Part shown: positions 28,116-38,047 of the stretch, piece by piece
How the letters are laid out: the number at the start of each line of letters is the position of its first letter
How positions within the stretch are numbered: position 1 is the stretch's first letter
Assembly: GCA_050248855.1 (NCBI GenBank)
Contig: JBFWRP010000001.1
Span: forward strand, 96,001-160,000
DNA from: Planctomycetota bacterium
GTDB lineage: Bacteria > Planctomycetota > PLA2 > JAEUHO01
Reading direction: 5' to 3'
DNA length: 64,000 bases
The notes under the pieces: generated by a model
The model's input: the letters and a program-made list of their open reading frames with translations, nothing else
What the model was told of the DNA's origin: nothing
The model's database searches: none
Program-made: the position numbers and the translations under genes

Positions 28116-30631
28116 GGCCCCCCCTGGGGTGCGCGCTGCTCGGCCACGACGCGACGCATGCCCTGGAGCACGGTGGCGGACTGCTCGCGCGTCATGGCCG
28201 GGTGCCAGCCGAGGTCGACGCCCGTGGCACGCTGCCACACCGTCATCAGGCGGAACAGGTAGGCGCGCTCGGGCTCCGGACGGACGAGCTCCTCCTGGAC
28301 CGCGTCGGTGACGGCCAGCGCGATGGGACCACGCGCGGCTGCTCCGAGCGCCACGGCCAGGGGGTCGCGCAGTGCGCTGTCGTCGGTCCTGAGCAGCCGC
28401 AGGAGCGTGGCGAGGGTGCGCGCGTCGGTCGGGGCCGCCTCGAGCAGCGCGAAGGCCGTGACGCTGCGCACTTCGGCATCCGTCTCGCGCGCCAGATGGG
28501 CCAGCAGCCCATCGCGCGCCGCGGATCCCTCCCGCGCGGCGAGCCCGCGGACGGCGGCGCTACGCACACCCGGGTGCTCGTCCTCGAGCGCCCCGCGCAC
28601 CAAGTCGACATCGCCCTGCAGCGCGGCTTGGTCCACGGCCCTCTGGCGCAGGCGCGGCGCGGGGTCCTGCAGGACCTCGACGAGCCAGCGTCGAGGCACG
28701 CGCAGCTCGGGATCGTCGAGCAGCGACTCGAGCGCGCGGCGGCGATCGTCGTAGGAAGGGCTGCGGATCGCGGCGAGGAAACCCGGACGCTCGCGCAGCC
28801 ACTCCAGCTCGAGACCGCCGCCCACCGCGTCCCAGACGACGTCCACGCCCAAGCCGAGGCGCCCGACGAGTCCGTCCGGGCGCAAGGCCGCCTCCAGCGC
28901 ATCGAAGCTGACCGCGCCGGTCAGGCGCGGGAGGTCGTCGAGCAAGCGCAGGGGGTCCGCGACCCACAGGGGCTCGAGGACGCGCAGCGCGCGCTCGTCG
29001 CCGGCGGCTTCGGCGGCCAGGGCCAGCATGTCGTGGCGTGGAGGACCATCGACGTCCGGCCGCGCGAGGACCATGTCCACGATCACGGCGGAGGTCGCCA
29101 GCCCCCCGTCCAGCACGTCCTGCCGATGCGCCGCGCTCGGCTCGTCGCGCCACGCCCGGAGACGGTCCGCGGCGCGTGCCTTGGCCGCGGGCGACGGGTC
29201 CTCCTGCTCGGCGGCGACGACGCGCGCCACCGCCTGCAGCTCGGGTGCGGCGGCACGCTGGCCCAGGCCCACGAGGAAGGCCTCGGCGGCGCCCGCCCGG
29301 TGGTCGACGACGAGGATGCGCGCGTAGCGCTCGGCCGTGGTCAGGTCGAGGCTCGTTCCCCCTTCCCGCGCGACGCGCTCGCGAACCTCGCGCATCCAGC
29401 GGAGGGGATCGTCCTGCAGACCCAGGGTGGGCTCGCTGCGCGCCAAGCGCTCCCCGGCCGGGCTGCGCGGGAAATCGAGCCGCAGACGACGCAGCAGCTC
29501 GCGCGCGCGCCCGCGATCACCGCCGCGCGCCAGCTCCGCCTCCACCGCGAGGGCCAGGGCCTCGGCGGGTTCGCGCAGACGGCTGGCCGCGTCCGCGGGA
29601 AGGGATCTGAGCAGGCTCCGCCCGAGCTCGACGTCGCCGACGTCCAGGGCCGCCCGCGCACGGAGCAAGATCAGCTCGTCGGCCACGGCGGGCGGCAGGC
29701 TCGCCGGGAGCAGGGCCTCGAGCGCTGCGCGACCTGCTTCGCCGTAGGCCGCCTCGGCAGCCTCCAGCAGCCTCCACGGCCGCGCGTCGAGGTCGCGCAC
29801 GCGCTGGTGGAGAAGCAGACGCGCCGGCTCGGTCCATCCTCCGCCGGTCTCGCCCGCGATGCGACCCAGGACGACATCCGCATCGTCGCCGTCGGCCACG
29901 AACGCCAGCAGCCGCCGGATGTCGCTGGGCGCCCCGCGCTGGCCGACGAGGAGCAAGGCGGCGGTGCCCGTGGCCAGCGCCGCGCGCGGGTCCTCGGGAT
30001 CGACGCGGATCGCGTCGATGCGTCCGAGGGCCCAGAGCCGCTGGATGGCACCGAGGCGTTCCTCGAGGTCGCTGGCCGCCGCCATGCCGGCCACCTCCAG
30101 CACCCACGCCGGCGCGCCGTCGCGTCGCGCCAGTGCGTCTTCCAGCGCGGCCGTTCCCAAGGCGCGAAGGAGCGTGCGATCCAAGTCGAGGAGGCCGCCC
30201 AAGTGGGGCTCGATGTTGACGCGCACGGCGACGCGTCGCCGTCCACCCACGACGTCGGTCGTCAGCTCGAACGGTCGCGTCTCGTCGCGCAGCGCCGTCA
30301 GGACGACGCGCGGCGGCGGTCCGGCGGCGAAGGCAAGGCCCGTGACCACGGGCACGCGCTCCCGCGCTTGCTCCACGCGCGTGGCCCACGTCGCGGCGAC
30401 GCGTTGGAAGCGCACGTCCTCGGCATAAGGCCCGGGATCGATCTCGGCCCGCGCGGCGGCCCCGGCCGCGGGCGGGAGCCCCAGCGGGACGGGAGCCGCG
30501 GCACCATCGGGCGAGCCCGTGGCGGTTCGCTCACCTTCCGCGGCGTCACCCGGGCCGGGCGCGCCCTGGCAGCCCGCGAGCCCGGCGGCAAGGACGAGCA
30601 CGAGGATGGCCGGGAAGGGGTCGCGCTGCAC
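28112..30631 (-). CDS. Lipoprotein with C-terminal HEAT repeats
   Basis: ILVLVLAAGLAG-C lipobox; DPAPRLRQRAV, DEHPGVRSAAVRGL, ETDAEVRSVTAFAL; GTGA overlap with thiL; start uncertain. Confidence 0.75.
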   Translation of the reverse strand: MQRDPFPAILVLVLAAGLAGCQGAPGPGDAAEGERTATGSPDGAAAPVPLGLPPAAGAAARAEIDPGPYAEDVRFQRVAATWATRVEQARERVPVVTGLAFAAGPPPRVVLTALRDETRPFELTTDVVGGRRRVAVRVNIEPHLGGLLDLDRTLLRALGTAALEDALARRDGAPAWVLEVAGMAAASDLEERLGAIQRLWALGRIDAIRVDPEDPRAALATGTAALLLVGQRGAPSDIRRLLAFVADGDDADVVLGRIAGETGGGWTEPARLLLHQRVRDLDARPWRLLEAAEAAYGEAGRAALEALLPASLPPAVADELILLRARAALDVGDVELGRSLLRSLPADAASRLREPAEALALAVEAELARGGDRGRARELLRRLRLDFPRSPAGERLARSEPTLGLQDDPLRWMREVRERVAREGGTSLDLTTAERYARILVVDHRAGAAEAFLVGLGQRAAAPELQAVARVVAAEQEDPSPAAKARAADRLRAWRDEPSAAHRQDVLDGGLATSAVIVDMVLARPDVDGPPRHDMLALAAEAAGDERALRVLEPLWVADPLRLLDDLPRLTGAVSFDALEAALRPDGLVGRLGLGVDVVWDAVGGGLELEWLRERPGFLAAIRSPSYDDRRRALESLLDDPELRVPRRWLVEVLQDPAPRLRQRAVDQAALQGDVDLVRGALEDEHPGVRSAAVRGLAAREGSAARDGLLAHLARETDAEVRSVTAFALLEAAPTDARTLATLLRLLRTDDSALRDPLAVALGAAARGPIALAVTDAVQEELVRPEPERAYLFRLMTVWQRATGVDLGWHPAMTREQSATVLQGMRRVVAEQRAPQGGP

Positions 30632-30665
30632 GCGGGAGATGTAGCCGACGGCCTTCACCGGCGGG

Positions 30666-31325
30666 TCACTTCCCAGGAGGCGACTCCGGGGCCAGACGGC
30701 GCGTCGCGTCCAGGACATCCTCGGCATCGCGCAGGGCGCGGATGACGGCTACGCCCACCGCACCCGCGGCGCGGACCCCAGGGGCCTCCTCGGGGCCGAT
30801 GCCGCCGAGACCCACGACGGGGAGCTCCGCTTCGGCCACCAGGCGTGCCAGCTGGGGAAGGCCGAGCGGCTCCCCCTTCTCCGGCACGCCGAACACGGGC
30901 GACAGGACGGTGTAGGTCGCTCCGCCGAGCGCGGCGCGCTCCAGGTCCCGGGCCGTGTGGCAGCTGACCCCGATGGCGCCGCGGAACCACGGCCGGACCC
31001 GTCGGAGCGGCGGCGAGCGGAACCCCAGCTGGACCGCGTCCGCCTCGGCAGCCAGCGCCACGTCGGCCCGATCGCCCACGATCAAGGCGGCTCCGTGGTC
31101 GCGTGTCCTGCGACGCAGGTCACGCGCGGTGCGGTAGAGCGTGGCTCCGTCCAGCCACGGTGCGCGGAGCCAGAGCGCGGTCACACCGTGGGCCAGCGCC
31201 GTGTCGAGCCGCCCGGCGTCGTCGGCGCTCGTGCCATCGACGATCCACACGAGGCCCAACCGTGACGCGAAGCCCGCGTCGGACGAGGCCGTCGGCCCGG
31301 TACCGGTCTCCGGGGCACCGCTCAC
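30666..31325 (-). CDS. thiE: Thiamine-phosphate synthase (ThiE/TenI) family protein
   Basis: DRADVALAAEADAVQLG, IGVSCHT, LSPVF, PVVGLGGI, GVAVIRAL; may be a TenI-like paralog. Confidence 0.78.
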   Translation of the reverse strand: MSGAPETGTGPTASSDAGFASRLGLVWIVDGTSADDAGRLDTALAHGVTALWLRAPWLDGATLYRTARDLRRRTRDHGAALIVGDRADVALAAEADAVQLGFRSPPLRRVRPWFRGAIGVSCHTARDLERAALGGATYTVLSPVFGVPEKGEPLGLPQLARLVAEAELPVVGLGGIGPEEAPGVRAAGAVGVAVIRALRDAEDVLDATRRLAPESPPGK

Positions 31326-32047
31326 AGCAAGGGTTCCAAGCCATCGACCCAGCCGACGTGCTGCGGCAAGCGATCGAGCGCGAGAAGCACGCCGGCGAGG
31401 TACGCCTCGCGACCGTACGCCTCATGGGCCAGCGTCACGCCCTCGTGGGCACTGGCCATGCGGATCTCCTGCCGGGCGTGCAGCCCCGGCAGCCGCAGGC
31501 TGTGCACGCGGACGCCGTCGACGTCCAGGCCGCGCGGGGCAGGATCGCCGAGGTCGGGCCCGGGCTTTGCGCCGGCGCGGGCCAGCTGGCGGGCCGTGGC
31601 GCGGCTCGTCCCCGAGGGTGCGTCGCGCTTGGCCTCGTGATGCGACTCGAGGATCTCGACGCGGGAGAGGTACGGCACGAGCCGGCGGGCCGCCGCCTGC
31701 AGCAGCACGACGACGGGCGAGAGGTTGGGCGCCACCAGCAGGCCCCGCCCACGCTCCCGGGCCAGGCGATCCAAAGCCGGACGCTCGCTGTCGGCCAGAC
31801 CCGTCGTGGCCACGATGGCGTGGGCTCCCTCTTCGAGCGCGAGTCGCGCGTGGGCCGCCACGGCGTCCGGCGTGGTCACGTCGAGCAGGAAGGTCGCACG
31901 ACCCGCGCGGAGCGCGGCGCGCAGGTCATCGCCCCGACCGACGCGACCCACGACCTCGACGTCGTCGCGCGCCTCGAGCAACGGGACGAGGGCGCGCCCC
32001 ATCTTGCCGTGCGCACCGGCCACGACGATGCGGCGCGGCTCAGTCAT
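31322..32047 (-). CDS. dapB: 4-hydroxy-tetrahydrodipicolinate reductase
   Basis: GAHGKMG, VATTG, APNLS, ESHHEAKRDAPSGT, VHSLRLPG. Confidence 0.95.
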   Translation of the reverse strand: MTEPRRIVVAGAHGKMGRALVPLLEARDDVEVVGRVGRGDDLRAALRAGRATFLLDVTTPDAVAAHARLALEEGAHAIVATTGLADSERPALDRLARERGRGLLVAPNLSPVVVLLQAAARRLVPYLSRVEILESHHEAKRDAPSGTSRATARQLARAGAKPGPDLGDPAPRGLDVDGVRVHSLRLPGLHARQEIRMASAHEGVTLAHEAYGREAYLAGVLLALDRLPQHVGWVDGLEPLL

Positions 32048-32519
32048 GGCTGCGCCCCTGCTCGTCGGCCCAGCGCCGCGCAAACTCGTGCACGGCCTCC
32101 TCCTGGGCGTGCGTCTCGATCGAGCCAGGCCGCCGACGCCGGACGTCCGCGATGGCGAGGTCGGGCGGGAGCCCCTCGGCCACGCGCCAGGCGGCGAGCA
32201 CGGTGCCCGTACGGCCGAGCCCCGCCATGCAGTGCACGGCCACGGCGCGCCCCGCCGCGAGCTGCGCCTGCATCCAGCGCACGATGGCGAGCAGCTGCTC
32301 GGGCGAGGGGGGCGTGAAGTCGACGACGGGGTCGTGCCGGACCACGAGATCGAGCTCGTCGACCGTCGGGGGCAGGGGCCTCGACGTGAGACTCAACACG
32401 GCGCCGATCCCCTCCAGGACCGCGGCGCGGAGCTCGTCGACGCGCGGGCAGCCCATTCCGGCGACGCGCCCGGCGTCGAGCCAGCCGAAGTTGGGCGGGA
32501 GAAGGGCCCCGGGCTCCAC
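32040..32519 (-). CDS. Dual-specificity/tyrosine protein phosphatase family protein
   Basis: HCMAGLGRTG (CX5R), DFTPP acid loop, RPGSIET; start uncertain (TTG 32537 possible). Confidence 0.92.
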   Translation of the reverse strand: MEPGALLPPNFGWLDAGRVAGMGCPRVDELRAAVLEGIGAVLSLTSRPLPPTVDELDLVVRHDPVVDFTPPSPEQLLAIVRWMQAQLAAGRAVAVHCMAGLGRTGTVLAAWRVAEGLPPDLAIADVRRRRPGSIETHAQEEAVHEFARRWADEQGRSHD

Positions 32520-32626
32520 CCCCGCATCATGCGCCAAGTGCGCGCGCCTGGCACGCTCGGCTCCGACGGGGACAGGACGGTGCGCCGCGGGTGGCGCCCC
32601 GGACGGCGCCCCGCGATCATGCGCCG

Positions 32627-34393
32627 GTGGAGCCCCTGACCTGGACCCTTGTCGCCCTTGCCCTCGTCCTGATCGGGGCGATCGTGCCGGCCATCTCCCT
32701 GGACGTGGTGGCCGTCCTGGGGCTGGCCGTCCTCGTGCTGGGCAACGTGCTTTCCGAGGCGGAGGCCACGCGCGGCTTCGGCAGCCCCACCCTCGTCACC
32801 GTGGCCTGCATGTTCGTCCTGGCCGAGGCCCTGCAACGGACCGGAGCGGCGCGTTCGATCGGCAACCTCGTGGAGCGCCGCGCCGCCCGCGGGGAGCGCG
32901 TGCTCCTCATCGCACTCCTGCCGATCGTGATGGTCCTCTCCGGGTTCATGAGCAACACGGGCGTGGTCGTGCTGCTGCTGCCGATCCTCGTGGCGGCCAC
33001 GACGAAAGCCGGGCGCAGCCCGAGCCGTGTCCTGTTGCCACTGTCCTACGCCTCGATCGCGGGAGGCACCCTGACTCTCGTCGGCACCACGACCACGCTG
33101 CTCGTGGACGCCATGCTGCGCCAGCTGGGACGCCCGGGTCTGGGGATGCTCGACATCATGCCCATCGGCGCCGTCGTGTGCGCCGTCACGTTCGTCTACC
33201 TCGTGCTGGCCGCCCCCAAGCTGTTGCCCGCCCGCGTCGGCTTGGTGGTCCCTCTCGACGCCGAGGCCACGCGCCAATACCTCACGCAGGTCCTGCTGGG
33301 ACCCGCGTCGCGGCTCGTGGGTCGCCGGGTGGCCGACGTCGGCGAGTGGAAGGAGAAGGTCCGCATCCTGCAGGTCGTGCGCGGCGAAGAGACCTTCTGG
33401 CCGCCCTTTGACGACCTCGTCCTCGAGGCCCACGACGAGGTGCGCCTCAAGGGCACGCCCGAGGTGATCGCCGGCCTGCTCGCCCAGCCCGGCGTGGACG
33501 GCCCTGCCCCCGGCGACGAGCAGGTCCAGGGCCGCGACCTCGCACTCGCCGAGGTCCTGGTGGCGCCGGGCTCGCGGTTGCGCGGCATGACCGTACGGAG
33601 TGCGGGCGTGCGCGATCGCTACGGGGTCACGGTGCTCGCGGTCCAGCGCCGCGGCGAGCATCTGCGTGAACACATCGCCGACTTGCCCCTGGCCGTGGGC
33701 GACGTCCTGCTCGTCCAGGGCGAGACGCAATCCCTGGCGCGCCTGACGCGCTCCGAAGGCGACCTCATCGCCTTGGGCGGCACGATGGAAGCCCCCGCCA
33801 CGCTGGGCCGTGCGCCGCATGCCATCGCGATCGTGATCCTCGCCTTGGGGCTGGCGGCCTTCGACGTGGTCCCCTTGGTCATCGCAGCGCTGCTCGGGGC
33901 CGTGGGCGTGATCCTGGCGGGCTGCATCAGTGCGACGCAGGCCTACCGCTCGCTCAACTTGCAGGTCCTGTTCGTCCTCGGGGCCCTGCTCGCGTTCGGC
34001 CAGGCCGCGGACACGAGCGGCCTCGCCCAAGGCGTGGCCAATGCCCTGATCCACATCGGCGGACAGTTCGGTCCCCGCGGCCTGCTGGCCATGCTGTTCC
34101 TGGCGACGACGTTGCTCACGGAGCTCGTCACGAACGCCGGCACGGCCGGCATGATGATCCCCATCGCGCTGCGCGTGGCCGACCAAGCCAACGTGTCGCA
34201 CGAGCCGTTCGTCTTCGCCGTGGCCATCGCCGCGTCGTGTTCCTTGCTCACGCCCGTGGGCTACCAGACCAACCTCCTGGTGTTCGGGCCGGGCGGCTAC
34301 CGCCTCCAGGACTACCTGCGCCTCGGGCTGCCCTTGACCATCCTGCTGCTCATCACGAGCACGCTGCTGCTGCCGGTCTTCTACCCGTTCTGA
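32627..34393 (+). CDS. SLC13/CitMHS-family permease with TrkA-C domains
   Basis: SGFMSNTG, LSYASIAGGTLTLVGTTT, central soluble RCK-C regions, TELVTN, TPVGYQTN..GGYRLQDY. Confidence 0.92.
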   Translation: MEPLTWTLVALALVLIGAIVPAISLDVVAVLGLAVLVLGNVLSEAEATRGFGSPTLVTVACMFVLAEALQRTGAARSIGNLVERRAARGERVLLIALLPIVMVLSGFMSNTGVVVLLLPILVAATTKAGRSPSRVLLPLSYASIAGGTLTLVGTTTTLLVDAMLRQLGRPGLGMLDIMPIGAVVCAVTFVYLVLAAPKLLPARVGLVVPLDAEATRQYLTQVLLGPASRLVGRRVADVGEWKEKVRILQVVRGEETFWPPFDDLVLEAHDEVRLKGTPEVIAGLLAQPGVDGPAPGDEQVQGRDLALAEVLVAPGSRLRGMTVRSAGVRDRYGVTVLAVQRRGEHLREHIADLPLAVGDVLLVQGETQSLARLTRSEGDLIALGGTMEAPATLGRAPHAIAIVILALGLAAFDVVPLVIAALLGAVGVILAGCISATQAYRSLNLQVLFVLGALLAFGQAADTSGLAQGVANALIHIGGQFGPRGLLAMLFLATTLLTELVTNAGTAGMMIPIALRVADQANVSHEPFVFAVAIAASCSLLTPVGYQTNLLVFGPGGYRLQDYLRLGLPLTILLLITSTLLLPVFYPF

Positions 34394-35424
34394 GCCACAT
34401 CGGGAGGCGCCGCCCACGCGACGCTCCGCGTGCGACGCGCCGCGTGTGCGAGGTGCAGGCCGAGCGCCGCGAGCGCGGTCGGGGCCGCGACTTGCCAGCC
34501 AAAGCGCGGAACGATCACGACGACGAAGAGCGCCGCCAGCGACGTCAGCGCCCCGTAGCGCAGGGCGCTCGCGACGTGCGTCCAGCCGGCGCGCGTCAGG
34601 CGTTGGTGCAGGTGCTCGCGGTGGGCGGCGGACCAGCGGAGGCCCTTGCGCCGCTTGGCGACGAGGCCGAGCCCGATGTCGATCACCGCGGGGAGCAAGG
34701 GTGCCGCCGCCCACGCCCATGGCAGCGGGGTCAGCCCCGGCACGCCGTCGAGCTGCATGGGCAGGAGCGCCAGCGCGAAGCCCAGCAGGTGCGTGGCCGC
34801 GTCCCCGGGGAACGTGCGTGCCGGCGTGATGTTGAAGAGCGCGAGCGCCAGCACGCCGCCCAGCAGGGCCGCCGGGAGCGCGCCGCCCGCGAGGCCCGCG
34901 CCCGCCGACGCGGCCAGGGCCAACGGCGTCACGTGCACGGCGCACGTGATCAAGTCGATGCCATCGAGGAAGTTCACGACCGTCACGACCGCAACGATCC
35001 AGAGCCATGCCATGAACGGGTCGAGCACACCGAAGCCGAGAGCAGCGAAACCCGCGGAAGGCTCGCCCGCAAAGCGCCAGCCCAGGACCACGGCCAGGGC
35101 GGCAAGGGCGGCTTGGGCGAGCGCCTTCCCGCGCGCTCCGAGGCGCCAGCGGTCATCGGCCAGACCGAGCAGGAAGAAGCCGAGAGCCGGAACCACGAAG
35201 GCGACGGTGCCCTGTGGCAGGACGCCGTGGCCTTCGTGCGCCTGCCACCACGCGCCCCCCCCTGCCAGGGCGCCGAGCAGCGCGAAGCCCCCCACACGCG
35301 GCGTGCGCGCGACGTGGCTGCTGCGGGACGTCGGCAGGTCGACGAGCCCCAGGCGCCTCGCCCCGGCGACGGCCGGCAGCAGCGTGAGCAGGCCCGCTCC
35401 GAACCCTGCGAGAACGACCAGCAC
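34381..35424 (-). CDS. MraY/WecA-like polyprenyl-phosphate sugar-1-phosphate transferase
   Basis: DLPTSRSSH..TPRVGG, GLADD, NFLDGIDL, FNITPARTFPGDA, HREHLHQRL; start uncertain. Confidence 0.88.
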   Translation of the reverse strand: MLVVLAGFGAGLLTLLPAVAGARRLGLVDLPTSRSSHVARTPRVGGFALLGALAGGGAWWQAHEGHGVLPQGTVAFVVPALGFFLLGLADDRWRLGARGKALAQAALAALAVVLGWRFAGEPSAGFAALGFGVLDPFMAWLWIVAVVTVVNFLDGIDLITCAVHVTPLALAASAGAGLAGGALPAALLGGVLALALFNITPARTFPGDAATHLLGFALALLPMQLDGVPGLTPLPWAWAAAPLLPAVIDIGLGLVAKRRKGLRWSAAHREHLHQRLTRAGWTHVASALRYGALTSLAALFVVVIVPRFGWQVAAPTALAALGLHLAHAARRTRSVAWAAPPDVAQNG

Positions 35425-35645
35425 CGCCGTCCCTCCCTGCCGCCCGCCCCCTGCCCCGAAGCGGGCCCGGCCGCCCTCGCGGCATGGTGCCGGAACGCTC
35501 CCGGATTCGCGCGCTTCGCGCCGCGAGGTCGGCCGTCCGTTTGCCGCCCCCTGGACGCCGCAGCGCACGACAGGCCTCCACGGTCGTTATCCTCGATGGC
35601 TCCGCGCCGCCGCCGCGGAGCCTGCACGCGAGGAGGCTGCTCGTC

Positions 35646-36842
35646 ATGCGCGAACGGATGGAGGGCCCGCGGGCCGTTGCCCATCTCTTGCGCCGCACCG
35701 TCGTCGCGTCCGACGCGGACCAGTGGGCGCGCTTTCGCGACGCTCCGTACGACGACGTCGTGGACGCCTTGCTCGCGCAGCTCGACACGAAGCGTCCCCC
35801 GGATCCCGCGGGCTTCGACCCGTACCTGCCGGGAGCGATCCAGCAGCTTTGGCTCGAACGCATGGTGGCCGGCAGCGCACCCTTCGCCGAGCGGCTCGCC
35901 TTCTTCTGGCACGACCACTTCGCCACGAGCGACGCCAAGATCCAGGACCCCCTGCTGATGTGGCGTCAGCAGCGGCTCCTTCGCGATGGCGGCGCGGGCT
36001 CCTGGCGCGAGCTGCTGCGCGGCGTCGCCCGCGACGTGGCGATGATCCGCTGGCTCGACGGCAACAGCAACCGCAGCGGCCACGCCAACGAGAACTTCGC
36101 GCGCGAGCTCCAGGAGCTGTTCGTGCTCGGGATCGGGCACTACAGCGAGGACGACGTCCGCGAAGTCGCTCGCGCCTTCACGGGCTGGGGCAGTCGCCAC
36201 CACGACTTCGTGATGCGGCCCGGGTTCCATGACGACGGCGTCAAGACGGTGCACGGCCGGGTCGGGGCGTTCGACGGCGACGCCGTCATCGACATCCTTC
36301 TCGAGCAGCCCGCCGCCGCCGAGCACCTCGCGCGACGACTCCACCGTTGGTTCGTGTCCCTCGCGCCCGCGGACGACGACGTGCAGGCCTTGGCGGACGT
36401 CATCCGCAGCGAGGACTACCGCTTGCGCCCCATCCTGGGGCACCTGCTCCGTTCGGACGCCTTCCTCGACCCCGCCTGCGAATGGGCGCTCGTGCGCAGT
36501 CCCGTCGACCAGGTCGTCGCGACGTGGCGCGTCCTGGGCCTCCGGGCGCTGCCCGGCTGGATCCACGCCAGCCTCGACCGCATGGGCCAGATCCTCTTCC
36601 GTCCTCCGTCGGTCAAGGGCTGGACGCAGGGCACGGGCTGGCTCTCCAGCGGCGCGCTCGTCGAGCGACTCGTGCTGGCCGACCGCGCCTCCGAGCTGGC
36701 CTTGCTCGATGGTCTGGACGATCTCGAGCGCCTGGCGTACGGGCCCGAGACCCCGTCGTCCCTGACGACTGCACTCGCCGAGCAAGGAGGGCGCGACCGC
36801 ACCCGCATCCTGCTGGGCTCGCCGGAGTTCCAACGCGCATGA
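35646..36842 (+). CDS. DUF1800 family protein
   Basis: AHLLRR, ERLAFFWHDHFAT, NENFARELQELFVLG, PPSVKGW, SPEFQ. Confidence 0.92.
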   Translation: MRERMEGPRAVAHLLRRTVVASDADQWARFRDAPYDDVVDALLAQLDTKRPPDPAGFDPYLPGAIQQLWLERMVAGSAPFAERLAFFWHDHFATSDAKIQDPLLMWRQQRLLRDGGAGSWRELLRGVARDVAMIRWLDGNSNRSGHANENFARELQELFVLGIGHYSEDDVREVARAFTGWGSRHHDFVMRPGFHDDGVKTVHGRVGAFDGDAVIDILLEQPAAAEHLARRLHRWFVSLAPADDDVQALADVIRSEDYRLRPILGHLLRSDAFLDPACEWALVRSPVDQVVATWRVLGLRALPGWIHASLDRMGQILFRPPSVKGWTQGTGWLSSGALVERLVLADRASELALLDGLDDLERLAYGPETPSSLTTALAEQGGRDRTRILLGSPEFQRA

Positions 36843-38047
36843 GCCCTCGACCGCCCGCTCGGCCCGCTTCGCCGCCCACGTCTCCCGCGCCCACCCGCCG
36901 CGACCTCCTGGGTGGCGCGCTCGCGCTCGGCGGCATCTGCCTGCTGCCTCGCTGGGCCCGCGCCGACGAGGCTGCGGCGGCCCCCCGCAAGCGCACGATC
37001 GTGCTCCTGCACCTCGAAGGCGGCAACGACGGACTGAACACCGTCGTGCCGTTCACCGACCCCGCGTACTCGCGGCTGCGCCCCTCGCTGGCCATCGAGC
37101 GCGACCGCGTGCGGCGCCTCGACGACACCGCCGGGTTGCATCCCTCGCTGGCGGGCCTCGAAGCACTCTGGCGTCGGGAGCGTCTGGCGATCGTGGAAGG
37201 CGTGGGCTATCCCGAGCCCAGCCTCAGCCACTTCCGCGCCACGGAGATCTGGCACACGGGCCAGCCCGAGCGCACGCCCACGCACGGATGGATCGGCCGG
37301 GCGTTGGACGCGCATCCCCGGGAAGCGCCGCTGCGCAGCGTGGGTCTGGCCACCGAGCCTCCGCTCTCCCTAGCGATGGCGGCCCCGGGCTCGATCACGA
37401 TGACCTCGTTCGACCGGTTCCGCGTCCCCCCGTCGATGGAGGGCGTGGCCCGCCTCTGGCGCCAGCACGCCGATGCGCAGGGCTTGCGCGGGGAGCTGGC
37501 GCGCGCCGGCACGGAAGCCTTGGACGTGGCCGCACGGCTCGCGGCCATGTCGCCCGCCTCGGGACCCTACGTCGGCGCGCTGGGCGACCGCCTGCGCCTC
37601 GTCGAGTCGCTCCTCGTGGCCGACCTGGACCTCGATGCCATCCACCTGGGGCAGGGAGGCTACGACACCCACTCCAACCAGACGGCCCAGCATGCGCGCC
37701 TCCTGCAGGAGCTGGGCACGAACCTGGACGTGTTCCAGCGCCGCCTGGAGGCCGCCAAGCTCGACGACCGCGTCGTGACGTTCGTCTTCAGCGAGTTCGG
37801 GCGTCGGGCCGCGGAGAACCTGAGCGGGGGTACGGACCACGGCACGGCAGGCCCGGTGTTCGTGGTGGGTACCGGGCTGCGCCCCGGTCGACACGGCAAG
37901 GCGCCATCCCTGGACGAGCTGGATCGCGACAACCTCGTCCACACCACCGACGTGCGCAGCGTGCAAGCCAGCCTGCTCGCGCACGCCTACCGCATCGATC
38001 CCCGGCCGGTTCTCGGTGACTACCCTGCCCTGGAGCTGTTCGCATGA
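36839..38047 (+). CDS. DUF1501 family protein with Tat signal
   Basis: TRRDLL twin-arginine signal; LEGGNDGLN, SHF, GGYDTH, FSEFGRR, GTDHG; ATGA overlap. Confidence 0.92.
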   Translation: MSPRPPARPASPPTSPAPTRRDLLGGALALGGICLLPRWARADEAAAAPRKRTIVLLHLEGGNDGLNTVVPFTDPAYSRLRPSLAIERDRVRRLDDTAGLHPSLAGLEALWRRERLAIVEGVGYPEPSLSHFRATEIWHTGQPERTPTHGWIGRALDAHPREAPLRSVGLATEPPLSLAMAAPGSITMTSFDRFRVPPSMEGVARLWRQHADAQGLRGELARAGTEALDVAARLAAMSPASGPYVGALGDRLRLVESLLVADLDLDAIHLGQGGYDTHSNQTAQHARLLQELGTNLDVFQRRLEAAKLDDRVVTFVFSEFGRRAAENLSGGTDHGTAGPVFVVGTGLRPGRHGKAPSLDELDRDNLVHTTDVRSVQASLLAHAYRIDPRPVLGDYPALELFA

